DNA of 42,051 nt from assembly GCA_001800745.1 (NCBI GenBank), contig MGVZ01000047.1, positions 930-42,980 on the forward strand. The letters are read 5' to 3'. A program made the position numbers and the translations under genes. Below are positions 1-8,903 of the stretch, piece by piece. Numbering within the stretch: position 1 is the stretch's first letter; each line of letters opens with the position of its first letter. The notes beneath the pieces are model-generated. The model did no database searches. It saw only the letters and a list, made by a program, of their open reading frames with translations, and was not told the origin of the DNA. This DNA is from Euryarchaeota archaeon RBG_16_67_27. Lineage in GTDB: Archaea > Thermoplasmatota > Thermoplasmata > RBG-16-68-12.

Positions 1-4
1 TCCG

Positions 5-1393
5 ATGCCGAGCAAGAGAGGCGGCACGAAACCGATCAAGGTGCCCACCCCACAGGAGGTCGAGGAGAATCTGAAGCGGGCGAACCTCCCGAAGGAGACG
101 TCCGCGAAGTACCATCCGTTCTACCAAGGCAAGATCGAAGTCGTTTCCCGCGTGCCCGTGCGAAGCCTCGACGACTTCGCAATCTGGTACACGCCGGGCG
201 TCGCGCAGCCGTGCCTCGAGATCAAGGCGGACCCGACCAAGGTGTGGAACCTCACGAACAAGTGGAACCAGGTCGCCGTCGTGACGGACGGGACGCGGGT
301 CCTCGGGCTCGGAGACATTGGCCCCGAGGCCGGGCTGCCCGTGATGGAGGGCAAGGCGCTCCTGTTCAAGTACCTCGGCGGCATCGACGCGTTCCCGATC
401 CCGCTCAACACGAAGGACCCGGAGAAGATCATCGAGACCGTGAAGCTGATCACGCCGTCGTTCGGCGGGATCAACCTCGAGGACATCAGCCAGCCGAAGT
501 GCTTCTACATCCTCGAGCGCCTCCGGAAGGAGTGTGAGATCGCGGTCTGGCACGATGACCAGCAGGGGACGGCGACGATCAACGTGGCGGGCGTGATCAA
601 CGCGCTGAAAGTCGTCGGCAAGAAGATCGGCGACGTGGCGATCACCCTCGTCGGCGCAGGCGCGTCCGGCATCCGCACCGCGAAGATCCTCCTCGCCGCG
701 GGCGCGAAGCCGGGGCACCTCATCCTCGTCGACTCGAAAGGGATCATCTGCCCGCACCGGAAGGACCTCGAGGCGGTCCAGAAGGACTTTCCGGAGAAGT
801 GGGAGCTCGCGAAGGTCTCGAACGAACGGGACCGCGAGGGCGGCATCGCCGACGGGATGAGGGACGCCGACGTCGTGATCTCCGCGTCGAAGCCCGGGCC
901 CGGCGTGATCAAGAAGGAGTGGGTCGCGGGGATGGCGGACGACGCCATCCTGTTCGTCATCGCGAACCCCGTGCCGGAGATCTGGCCGTGGGAGGCGCTC
1001 GAGGCCGGCGCCCGAGTCGTCGCTACGGGTCGGTCGGACTTCCCGAACCAGGTGAACAACTCCCTGGGATTCCCGGGGATCTTCCGCGGGACGCTCGACG
1101 TCCGCGCGAAGACGATCACGGACGAGATGTGCATCGCCGCGGCGCAGGAGCTCGCGAAGGTCGCGGAGGAGGAGGGACTGAGCGAGGATCACATCGTGCC
1201 GACGATGGAGAACACCCAGGTGTTCATCCGCGAGGCCGTCGCGGTCGCCATGAAAGCGATGGAGCAGGGGATCGCGCGCCTGACGCGCACGCGGCAGGAC
1301 CTGCACGACACCGCGAGCGCGCTGATCCGCCGTTCGCACGAACAGACGAAGTTCCTCATGCACGAAGGGTTCATCCGACCTCCGCCCCCGTGA
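5..1393 (+). CDS. mae: NAD(P)-dependent malic enzyme
   Basis: Motifs YTPGVA, VTDGTRVLGLGDIG, PVMEGKALLFK, GGINLEDI, HDDQQGT, GAGASG (Rossmann), ANPVPEI, TGRSDFPNQVNN. Confidence 0.95.
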   Translation: MPSKRGGTKPIKVPTPQEVEENLKRANLPKETSAKYHPFYQGKIEVVSRVPVRSLDDFAIWYTPGVAQPCLEIKADPTKVWNLTNKWNQVAVVTDGTRVLGLGDIGPEAGLPVMEGKALLFKYLGGIDAFPIPLNTKDPEKIIETVKLITPSFGGINLEDISQPKCFYILERLRKECEIAVWHDDQQGTATINVAGVINALKVVGKKIGDVAITLVGAGASGIRTAKILLAAGAKPGHLILVDSKGIICPHRKDLEAVQKDFPEKWELAKVSNERDREGGIADGMRDADVVISASKPGPGVIKKEWVAGMADDAILFVIANPVPEIWPWEALEAGARVVATGRSDFPNQVNNSLGFPGIFRGTLDVRAKTITDEMCIAAAQELAKVAEEEGLSEDHIVPTMENTQVFIREAVAVAMKAMEQGIARLTRTRQDLHDTASALIRRSHEQTKFLMHEGFIRPPPP

Positions 1394-1511
1394 GCATCCG
1401 CCCCCGTTCGGACCGGAGCCGGCAGGGCTTCCCGCCCCGATGAATCGAAGACGGGTCAGTCATCAGACCCGCGGATGTCCTGTCGCGCTCGACGCGCCGC
1501 TTCCGGGGGAT

Positions 1512-1721
1512 CTAGATGAGTCGCGCTTCGTCGCGCCGCGGTTCCGCCAGGTGTGTCTCCGCATCGACGGGGCCCTCCGCGCGGAGCCGTGCGACCTCGC
1601 GGTCCAGGTCGAACTCGAGGTCCTCGAGCTTCACGAGGCCCATGTCGAGCGTGGGGGGCAGGGTGAACTCCTTGCGGGGTGTCCCGGGTTCCGGTCGTGC
1701 CTGCGCGCGATAGCCTGCCAC
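1512..1721 (-). CDS. Small hypothetical protein (about 69 aa)
   Basis: Fills the gap between mae and the next gene. GTG start at 1721 chosen. Acidic sequence (LEDLEFDLDREVARL) and host-like codon usage. No recognisable family. Confidence 0.5.
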   Translation of the reverse strand: MAGYRAQARPEPGTPRKEFTLPPTLDMGLVKLEDLEFDLDREVARLRAEGPVDAETHLAEPRRDEARLI

Positions 1722-1859
1722 GCGACCGCCTAGCGGGGAGGTCCCGAAAAGGCCTCGGGTCTGGTAGTCACTGCTGATACGCACCCGCGGGGGCCGACGG
1801 GCGTGCCAGGGCGGGGTTCCGCCGACGGATTTATCCTCTCGGGCCGCATAGGTCGGGAC

Positions 1860-2072
1860 ATGGCCTCAGTGGAGGAGGTCAAGCGGCGGCACGAGCTCCG
1901 GCTCCTGGGCACGACGGGTGTCGTAGGGGTCGGGATCGGGACGAAGGACGGGAGGGAGTGCATCCGGGTCTACGTGGCGGAGGACAACCCGCGGGTCCGG
2001 GCGGCGCTCCCGACCACGATCGAGGACGTGGCCGTGGAGGTCGTCGTCTCCGGGCGCTTCCACGCCCGATGA
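1860..2072 (+). CDS. Small protein resembling the N-terminal domain of the downstream Nal1-like protease
   Basis: GVVGVGIG...IRVYV...LPTTIEDVAVEVVVSGRF aligns by eye with NVVGVGIG...VKFYV...IPSEVEGVPTDVEEAGEF of the next ORF. ATG at 1860 with TTTAT about 27 nt upstream. Confidence 0.7.
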   Translation: MASVEEVKRRHELRLLGTTGVVGVGIGTKDGRECIRVYVAEDNPRVRAALPTTIEDVAVEVVVSGRFHAR

Positions 2073-3010
2073 GGGATGCGATGCGCGTCGAAGAAGCGAA
2101 GCAGGTCTGCGAGTGCCTCTACCTCGGGGTCGCGGTCCAGGGGCTGACGCCCGCGAGGAACCCGAACGTCGTCGGCGTCGGGATCGGGAAGAAGCTCGCG
2201 CGGGGCGCGGAGACGGAGGACGTCGCCGTGAAGTTCTACGTGCGGCAGAAGCTCCATCCCCTCCTCGTGAGGGACGGAGAACGGATCCCTTCCGAGGTCG
2301 AGGGCGTCCCGACGGACGTCGAGGAGGCCGGGGAGTTCTCGATCTGGCGCCCGATCCCCCCGATCTACCATCGGAAGGTCCGTCCCGCGATGGGCGGCCT
2401 CTCGATCGGCCACTACGAGATCAGCGCGGGGACGTTCGGCTGCGTCGTGCGGGACCGGGGGGACGTGTACATCCTGAGCAACAACCACGTCCTTGCGAAC
2501 GAGAACCGCGGCGTCGAGGGCGACCCGATCCTCCAGCCGGGCCGGTTCGACGGCGGGAAGACGGACCGGGACGTGCTCGCTCGGCTCGACACCTACGTCG
2601 CGCTCGACCCGGAGGGTGCGAACCTCGTGGACTGCGCGATCGCCCAGCCGTTCAACGCTGAGGACGTGACCACGGACATCCTGAACGTCGGCGGCCTGCG
2701 GGGCTCCCGCGATCCGACGATCGACGAGAAGGTCATGAAGAGCGGTCGGACGACGCGGCTCACGAACGGGACGGTGGTCGACGTGAGCGCGACCCTCCGC
2801 GTCGGGTACGCGATGGGATCGATGATCTTCCAGGACCAGTTCCTCGTGCGGGGGGAGCGCGGATCGTTCAGCGCGGGCGGGGACTCCGGGGCCGTGATCG
2901 TCGCCCACGACGGGCATGCGGTCGGCCTCCTCTCCGCCGGTTCCCCCTTCTTCACCGTCGCGAACAAGATGACGACCGTCGAGAAGGCGCTCGACGTGAA
3001 GGTCGCCTAG
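2069..3010 (+). CDS. Trypsin-like (S1/Nal1-like) serine protease
   Basis: Catalytic triad motifs LSNNHVL (His), VDCAIA (Asp) and GGDSGA (Ser), plus GTFGCVV and KSGRTT. Start is 2069 (ATGA overlap with the upstream stop) or 2081. No signal peptide is evident. Confidence 0.85.
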   Translation: MRDAMRVEEAKQVCECLYLGVAVQGLTPARNPNVVGVGIGKKLARGAETEDVAVKFYVRQKLHPLLVRDGERIPSEVEGVPTDVEEAGEFSIWRPIPPIYHRKVRPAMGGLSIGHYEISAGTFGCVVRDRGDVYILSNNHVLANENRGVEGDPILQPGRFDGGKTDRDVLARLDTYVALDPEGANLVDCAIAQPFNAEDVTTDILNVGGLRGSRDPTIDEKVMKSGRTTRLTNGTVVDVSATLRVGYAMGSMIFQDQFLVRGERGSFSAGGDSGAVIVAHDGHAVGLLSAGSPFFTVANKMTTVEKALDVKVA

Positions 3011-4116
3011 CCCGTGCGGATGGGCTCCCACCGGGCGAGGGTGGACTGGGGGCCGACGCGGTCCGCGAGGTTCGACAGTCGGAGCCCGACGAGGCGGATC
3101 TTCCGGCGGGACGCGAGGAACTCCTTCATGATCATCTGGCTGAGGATGAGGATCGGCTCGAGGTCCGCGGTATGGACGCGGAGACTGCGCGAACGGGTGT
3201 GCGTCTCGAAGTCCGAGAAGCGCACCTTCACCGTGACCGTTCGGTACGCGAGCTTCTCGTCGACGAGCTGGGCGTGAAGCGCGGCACCCATCGCCTCGAC
3301 CTGGGGCCAGATGTGCTCATACGCGTCAAGGTCCTGCTCGAACGTCGTCTCCGTACCGATCGACTCCGGCGGCCCCACGGGCTCGACGACGTCGTCCGAG
3401 TCCCTCCCGAACGCGACGTCGTGCAGGTACTCCCCGAACGCCCCGAAGCTCTCCACGAGGTCCTGCCGGGGGAACGCCTGGACGTGCGCGACGAGCTCGA
3501 TCCCGACCTCGCCCAGCCTCTCCGCGGTCTTCGGTCCGACGCCGGAGATCTTCCGCACGGGGATCGGGGCGAGGAACTCGACGACGTGGTCCGGCGGCAC
3601 GACGGTGAGACCGTCCGGTTTCTCGAGGTCGGAGGCGATCTTCGCGACCGCCTTGCTCGGGGCGACGCCGATCGAACACGTGAGGCGGTGCTCCGCCCGG
3701 ACGGCCGCCTTGACCGCTCTCGCGAGGTCCTTCGCGACCCCGAAGTTCCCCGAGGTGCGCACGGACACATCGAGGTACGCCTCCTCGATCCCGGACGGCT
3801 GGAGGCGGTCCGCGAACCGGCGGAGGGTCGCCATGATCCCCGCGGACGCCTTCCCGTACCGCTCGAAGTCCGGCGGCACGAACACGGCCGCGGGGCACAG
3901 GCGGAGGGCCTCCGCGCAGGGCATCGCGGAGCGCACGCCGTACCGCCGGGCCTCGTAGCTCGCGGTCAGGACGACGCCGCGAGAGAACTCCCGCGGATCC
4001 GGTCCCACGACGACGGGCTTCGATTCGAGCTCCGGCCGGTCCCGGATCTCGACCGCCGCGTAGAACGCGTCCATGTCTGCGTGCATGATTACACGGGGCC
4101 GCACCGGTGTCGCCAT
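3007..4116 (-). CDS. dinB: DNA polymerase IV (Y family)
   Basis: HADMDAFYAAVE, ASYEARRYGVRSAMP, GIEEAYLD, AKIASDLEKPDG, GVGPKT, and little-finger domain (TVTVKVRFSDF, RLVGL). Confidence 0.96.
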   Translation of the reverse strand: MATPVRPRVIMHADMDAFYAAVEIRDRPELESKPVVVGPDPREFSRGVVLTASYEARRYGVRSAMPCAEALRLCPAAVFVPPDFERYGKASAGIMATLRRFADRLQPSGIEEAYLDVSVRTSGNFGVAKDLARAVKAAVRAEHRLTCSIGVAPSKAVAKIASDLEKPDGLTVVPPDHVVEFLAPIPVRKISGVGPKTAERLGEVGIELVAHVQAFPRQDLVESFGAFGEYLHDVAFGRDSDDVVEPVGPPESIGTETTFEQDLDAYEHIWPQVEAMGAALHAQLVDEKLAYRTVTVKVRFSDFETHTRSRSLRVHTADLEPILILSQMIMKEFLASRRKIRLVGLRLSNLADRVGPQSTLARWEPIRTG

Positions 4117-4143
4117 CGCACGCGTTCCAGGTCCTCGGGAGGG

Positions 4144-4149
4144 TAAATA
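4144..4149 (-). promoter_or_regulatory. Putative archaeal TATA box for dinB
   Basis: TATTTA on the minus strand about 28 nt upstream of the ATG, in a GC-rich context. Confidence 0.5.
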
Positions 4150-4177
4150 GCTTCGGGGAGGGCGCGCGGACGCGGGG

Positions 4178-5761
4178 CTAGAAGCCGAAAAACACGGTCG
4201 CGGCCTGCGTGAGGTAGGCCACGAGGAAGAACATGACGAACGACGCGAGCAGGACGACGGCCACGGCGACGAGCACGGCCGCGCCGATCGAGCGCGGGGC
4301 GTCGATGCGCGACGCGCCCGCCTCCGGTTCCAGGATGTACATGTACCAGATCACCCGCGCGTAGTAGTACAGGGACAGGGCGCTGTTGAGCACGCCGGAG
4401 ACCGCGAGGGCGAGGTACCAGCCGTTGAACGGCATCGCGCTCACCGCGCTCGAGAACAGGATGAACTTCGAGAAAAACCCGCCGAGGGGAGGGATCCCTG
4501 CGAGGCTGAGGAGGAGGATCGTCATCGAGAACGCGAAGAAAGGCATGCGCTTGCTCAGCCCCCGGTACGCCTCCACGTCGTCCGGGATCCCGCGGGTCTC
4601 CACGCCTGCGACGACGAGGAACGCCCCTCCCTTCATCGCGGCGTGCATGAGGACGTGAAGGAGCGCGCCGACGATCGCGGCGACCGCGACGTCCCTCGCG
4701 AGCGGATTCGAAGCGTCCTGGAGCGCGACTGCGCCGACGGGGAGAGCGATGAGGATGTACCCCGCCTGGGCGATGCTCGAGTACGCCAGCATTCGCTTCA
4801 CGCTCCGCTGGGGAATCGCGAGGATGTTTCCGACGGTCTGCGTCGCGATCGCCAGCACCGCGATCGCCAGGACCCAGTCGACCTGGATCCCGATGAGCCC
4901 GACGAGGAAGACCTTGAAGAGGGCGACGATTCCGACCTTCTTCGAGCCCGCGGCGAGGAACGCGCTCACCGTCGTCGGCGAGCCGTGGTACACGTCGGGC
5001 GCCCACATGTGGAACGGCACGGTCGCGACCTTGAACCCGAACCCAGCGATGAGGAAGACGAGGGCGATGACGAGCGGAGCCTCGAACTCCTGATAGCTTC
5101 CGTACGTGAGGCTCGCGCGGAGCCAGTCGAGGTCCGTCGCGCGCGCGGACCCCTGGGAGTCGACGACGCCGTACAGGATCGAGATCCCGAAGAGGATGAT
5201 CGCGGAGCTCACGGCACCGATGATGAAGAATTTCACCGCGGCCTCCGTGGCGTTCGCGTCCTTCTTTCGGAACGCGACGAGCGCGAACGTGCTCAGGCTC
5301 GAGGTCTCGAACGCGAGGAACAGGACGATCAGGTCCGTCGCCGCCGCGGTGAACATCATGCCTACGACCGCGAGGAGCATGAGGGCGTAGTACTCCGCCT
5401 GGTGCGGTTCCTCCCGCTTCAGGAAGCCGCGGGAAGCGAGGATCGCCAGGATCGCCACGAACAGGAAGATCACGTGGAAGAACAGGGAGAACGCGTCGAC
5501 CCGCATCCGGAGGTTCGTCGGCTCCGCGGTGAAGTCGCCCTGCGCCGGGTCCGCGACGAGGTTCCACAAGTCCAGGCCGAGGGCGTGCGTGAGGCCGAGC
5601 CCCATGAGGTCGAAGGTCAGCACCAGGCTCACGACGGCGCCCGTGAGGGCGAGCCCCCAGAGCGCGGCGGGCCGCTTCGACCAGGCGAACCCGAGGAGCG
5701 CGGACGCGAGCGCGGTCGCGACGAGCACGGCCTCCGGGAGGAAGACGAGGGTGTTGCCCAC
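4178..5761 (-). CDS. nuoN: Complex I antiporter-like subunit N
   Basis: FLAFETSSLS, EAAVKFFIIGA, GFKVATVPFHMWAPDVYHGSP, KRMLAYSSIAQAGY, SLAGIPPLGGFFSK. Confidence 0.95.
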   Translation of the reverse strand: MGNTLVFLPEAVLVATALASALLGFAWSKRPAALWGLALTGAVVSLVLTFDLMGLGLTHALGLDLWNLVADPAQGDFTAEPTNLRMRVDAFSLFFHVIFLFVAILAILASRGFLKREEPHQAEYYALMLLAVVGMMFTAAATDLIVLFLAFETSSLSTFALVAFRKKDANATEAAVKFFIIGAVSSAIILFGISILYGVVDSQGSARATDLDWLRASLTYGSYQEFEAPLVIALVFLIAGFGFKVATVPFHMWAPDVYHGSPTTVSAFLAAGSKKVGIVALFKVFLVGLIGIQVDWVLAIAVLAIATQTVGNILAIPQRSVKRMLAYSSIAQAGYILIALPVGAVALQDASNPLARDVAVAAIVGALLHVLMHAAMKGGAFLVVAGVETRGIPDDVEAYRGLSKRMPFFAFSMTILLLSLAGIPPLGGFFSKFILFSSAVSAMPFNGWYLALAVSGVLNSALSLYYYARVIWYMYILEPEAGASRIDAPRSIGAAVLVAVAVVLLASFVMFFLVAYLTQAATVFFGF

Positions 5762-7291
5762 TCACATCCCCCCGAGGACGATCCCGGTCCAGCGGTTCAG
5801 GAGCTCGAGGGCGAGGACCGGGAAGATCCCGAAGACCGCGATGGCGGCCACGAGCACGGCGAGGGGGGCGGCCTCGTAGCGCTTCAGGTCGGGCATCGAT
5901 TCCCATCGCGGGTTCAGGGGACCGAAGATCGCGCGCTGCATCGCCCAGACGTAGTACGCGGCGGTGAAGACGACGCTCAGGATCGGGACGAAGACCCACC
6001 ATCCGAACGCCGCGTACACGCCGACGAACACGGAGAACTCCGCGACAAAACCCACGAGGCCCGGGAGTCCGAGGGACGCGAGGAAGGAGATCATGATGAA
6101 CGTCGCCATCCACGGCGCGCGCTTCGCGATCCCGCCGAGGTCCGAGATGTTCCGCGTCCCGATCTTGTGGCCGAGCGCGCCGGCGACCATGAAGAGCGCC
6201 GCCGAGATCAGACCGTGGGCGAACATCTGGAAGATCGCGCCCGCGAACGCGAGCCCCGCGCCGGGCGCGGATCCGGGTCCGGAGAACCCGTGGACCCCGG
6301 CGGCGATCCCGAGCGTCACGAAGCCCATGTGGCTCACGCTCGAGAACGCGACGAGCCGCTTGAGGTCATCCTGGGCGATGCACACGATCGCGCCGTACAC
6401 AATCGAGATCACGCCGACGGCCGCGAGCGCCCAGAACATCTCCTGGGCCGCGTCGGGGAGCATCTGCACGTTGAACCGGACGAGGCCGTAGCCTCCGAGC
6501 TTGAGGAGGATGCCGGCCAGGAGCACGGAACCGCCCGTGGGCGCCTCCACGTGGGCGTCCGGGAGCCAGGTGTGCAGGGGCCAGGTCGGGAGCTTCGTGC
6601 CGAACGCGACGAGCATCGCGAGGAACATCAGGTTGCCGATCAACCCGATCGGCATGGGCGTCGTCGCGATGATCTGGATCATGTCGAACGTGCCCGCGTA
6701 GAAGTAGAACGCGAACACACTCACGAGGAGGGGGAGGCTCGCGAGGAACGTGTACATGAAGAACTTCATCGCCGCGTACCGCTTCCGCGGCCCGCCCCAG
6801 ACGGAGATGATGAAGTACATGGGGACGAGGCCGACCTCCCAGAAGACGAGGAACTGGAACATGTCGAGGCTGAGGAAGACCCCGTTCACCGTCGTCTCCA
6901 TGAAGAGGAACATCGCGAAGAACTCGGGCACCCGGTGGTGCTCGTCCCAGCTGAAGACGAGCGCGAGCGGCGTGAGGAGCGCGTTCAGGAAGACGAGCAG
7001 GACGGAGAGCTCGTCCACGCCGAGGATGTAGCTCACGCCGACCTGCGGGACCCACGGGGCCCGCTCGACGGCGCGGTACGTCACGGGGCCGACCGTGAGG
7101 ACGGGGAGCTCGATGAGCTCCGGCCACAGGAACCCGACGAGGACGAGGCTCGCGAGGGCGAGGACCGCGAGGCTGAAGCCCATCGCGATCCCCTTCGCGA
7201 CGCGGTCGCTCGTCCCGAGGAGGAACGTGAGGACGGCCCCGAGGAGGGGCAGGAAAACGATCAAGGACAGGATCGGGAACTCGATGAGCAC
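5762..7291 (-). CDS. nuoM: Complex I subunit M (second copy)
   Basis: FWEVGLVPMYF, WGGPRKRYAAMKF, KLPTWPLHTWLPDAHVEAPT, LKLGGYG, KRLVAFSSVSHMG. Confidence 0.95.
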   Translation of the reverse strand: MLIEFPILSLIVFLPLLGAVLTFLLGTSDRVAKGIAMGFSLAVLALASLVLVGFLWPELIELPVLTVGPVTYRAVERAPWVPQVGVSYILGVDELSVLLVFLNALLTPLALVFSWDEHHRVPEFFAMFLFMETTVNGVFLSLDMFQFLVFWEVGLVPMYFIISVWGGPRKRYAAMKFFMYTFLASLPLLVSVFAFYFYAGTFDMIQIIATTPMPIGLIGNLMFLAMLVAFGTKLPTWPLHTWLPDAHVEAPTGGSVLLAGILLKLGGYGLVRFNVQMLPDAAQEMFWALAAVGVISIVYGAIVCIAQDDLKRLVAFSSVSHMGFVTLGIAAGVHGFSGPGSAPGAGLAFAGAIFQMFAHGLISAALFMVAGALGHKIGTRNISDLGGIAKRAPWMATFIMISFLASLGLPGLVGFVAEFSVFVGVYAAFGWWVFVPILSVVFTAAYYVWAMQRAIFGPLNPRWESMPDLKRYEAAPLAVLVAAIAVFGIFPVLALELLNRWTGIVLGGM

Positions 7292-7292
7292 G

Positions 7293-8903
7293 TCAGACCC
7301 CTCCGAGCCAGGGCAGGACCTGCCGCGCGAACTCGTCGATCATCGAGAGCCACCAGACGGGGAAGATCCCCACGGCGAGGATGAGGCCCAGCAGCACGGC
7401 GTACGACAGGCGCTCGTGCCCCGGGAGATCGTGCGCGTCCTTGTACTTCTCCGGGACCTCCCCGAACAGGACGCGCTGCATCGTGTACACGTAGTACGCG
7501 GCCGTGATCACGATCGAGACGAGCGGGACGATCACGAGGCGCCGCCAGGGTTCGAGCGTCGGGCCGCTGTACGAACCCACGAAGACCATGAACTCGGACC
7601 AGAAGGAGTTGAACCCGGGGAGGCCGAGGGAGGCGAAGAACGCGACGATGAGGACGAAGGAGAACTGCGGGAGCGCCTTGCCGAGCCCCCGGAGCTCGGG
7701 GATGTTCCGCGTGCCCGTGCTGTGCTTCACGGACCCCGCGAGCATGAAGAGGACCGCGGTGATGAGGCCATGGTTGAAGAGCTGGAAGATCGCGCCCTCG
7801 ACGCCGAGGATGTGGAGGCTCGAGGCCCCGAGGAGGACGAACCCCATGTGGCCGATGGAGCTGTACGCGATCAGCCGCTTCAGGTCGACCTGCGCCAGGC
7901 ACACGAACGCGGCGTAGACCATGCTCACGATCCCGAGGATCCCCATGACCCACCAGAGGTCCCGGCTCGCGTCCGGGAGCATCCCGAAGTTCACGCGAAA
8001 GATCCCGTACCCGCCCATCTTCAGGAGGACGCCGGCCAGGAGGACGGAGCCCGCGGTCGGCGCCTCGACGTGCGCGTCCGGGAGCCAGGTGTGGAACGGG
8101 ACGGAGGGGAGCTTGACGGCGAACCCGAAGAGGAACGCGATGAAGATCGGGACCTGCGCGCCGATCTGGAGGTAGCTCGCGGCCGGCGGGCCCATGTGCC
8201 GGATCGCGCCGTGGAGGAACACGGTCATGTCGAACGTCCGGGTGCTCGACCCGTAGATCGCGGCGTTCAGCTCCGCGCTGCCCGCCCAGTACATGCCGAA
8301 AATCGAGAGGAGCATGATCACGCTGCCCACGTGCGTGTACACGAGGAACTTCAGGGACGCATACCGCCGATTCGGCCCGCCCCAGATCCCGATGAGGAAG
8401 AACATCGGGATGAGGACGAGCTCCCAGAAAACGAAGAAGAGGAAGAAGTCGAGGGCCATGAACACCCCCGAGAGGCTGAACTCGAGCAGGAGGAGGAGCG
8501 CGAAGAACTCCTTCGGGCGGCGCTCTTCGGTCCAGCTGAAGACGATCCCCAGCGTCGTGAGGAAGGGCGTGAGCCAAAGGAGGGGCACGCTGAGCCCGTC
8601 GACGCCGAGGATGTAGTTCATCCCGAGCTGGGGCACCCAGGGGTACCGCTCGACGAAGTACAGAGGGACGTATCCGTCGTTCGCGTTCGGCGGCAGCTCC
8701 GCGACCCGCGGCCCGAAGAGGAAGTCGAGGCCCGGCGTGAGGAACGAAGCGAGGAGGATCGTCGCGAGGACGGTCGCCGCGAGGCTGAACGCGAGGGCGA
8801 GCCACTTGGCCGCCTTCTGGTTCACGCCCCCGACCCACGTCACGATGAACCCGACGAACGGGATGACGAGGAGGAGGGAGAGGAGATACGACACGTCAGC
8901 CAC
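7293..8903 (-). CDS. nuoM: Complex I subunit M (first copy)
   Basis: FWELVLIPMFF, WGGPNRRYASLKF, KLPSVPFHTWLPDAHVEAPT, LKMGGYG, KRLIAYSSIGHMG. Confidence 0.95.
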   Translation of the reverse strand: MADVSYLLSLLLVIPFVGFIVTWVGGVNQKAAKWLALAFSLAATVLATILLASFLTPGLDFLFGPRVAELPPNANDGYVPLYFVERYPWVPQLGMNYILGVDGLSVPLLWLTPFLTTLGIVFSWTEERRPKEFFALLLLLEFSLSGVFMALDFFLFFVFWELVLIPMFFLIGIWGGPNRRYASLKFLVYTHVGSVIMLLSIFGMYWAGSAELNAAIYGSSTRTFDMTVFLHGAIRHMGPPAASYLQIGAQVPIFIAFLFGFAVKLPSVPFHTWLPDAHVEAPTAGSVLLAGVLLKMGGYGIFRVNFGMLPDASRDLWWVMGILGIVSMVYAAFVCLAQVDLKRLIAYSSIGHMGFVLLGASSLHILGVEGAIFQLFNHGLITAVLFMLAGSVKHSTGTRNIPELRGLGKALPQFSFVLIVAFFASLGLPGFNSFWSEFMVFVGSYSGPTLEPWRRLVIVPLVSIVITAAYYVYTMQRVLFGEVPEKYKDAHDLPGHERLSYAVLLGLILAVGIFPVWWLSMIDEFARQVLPWLGGV

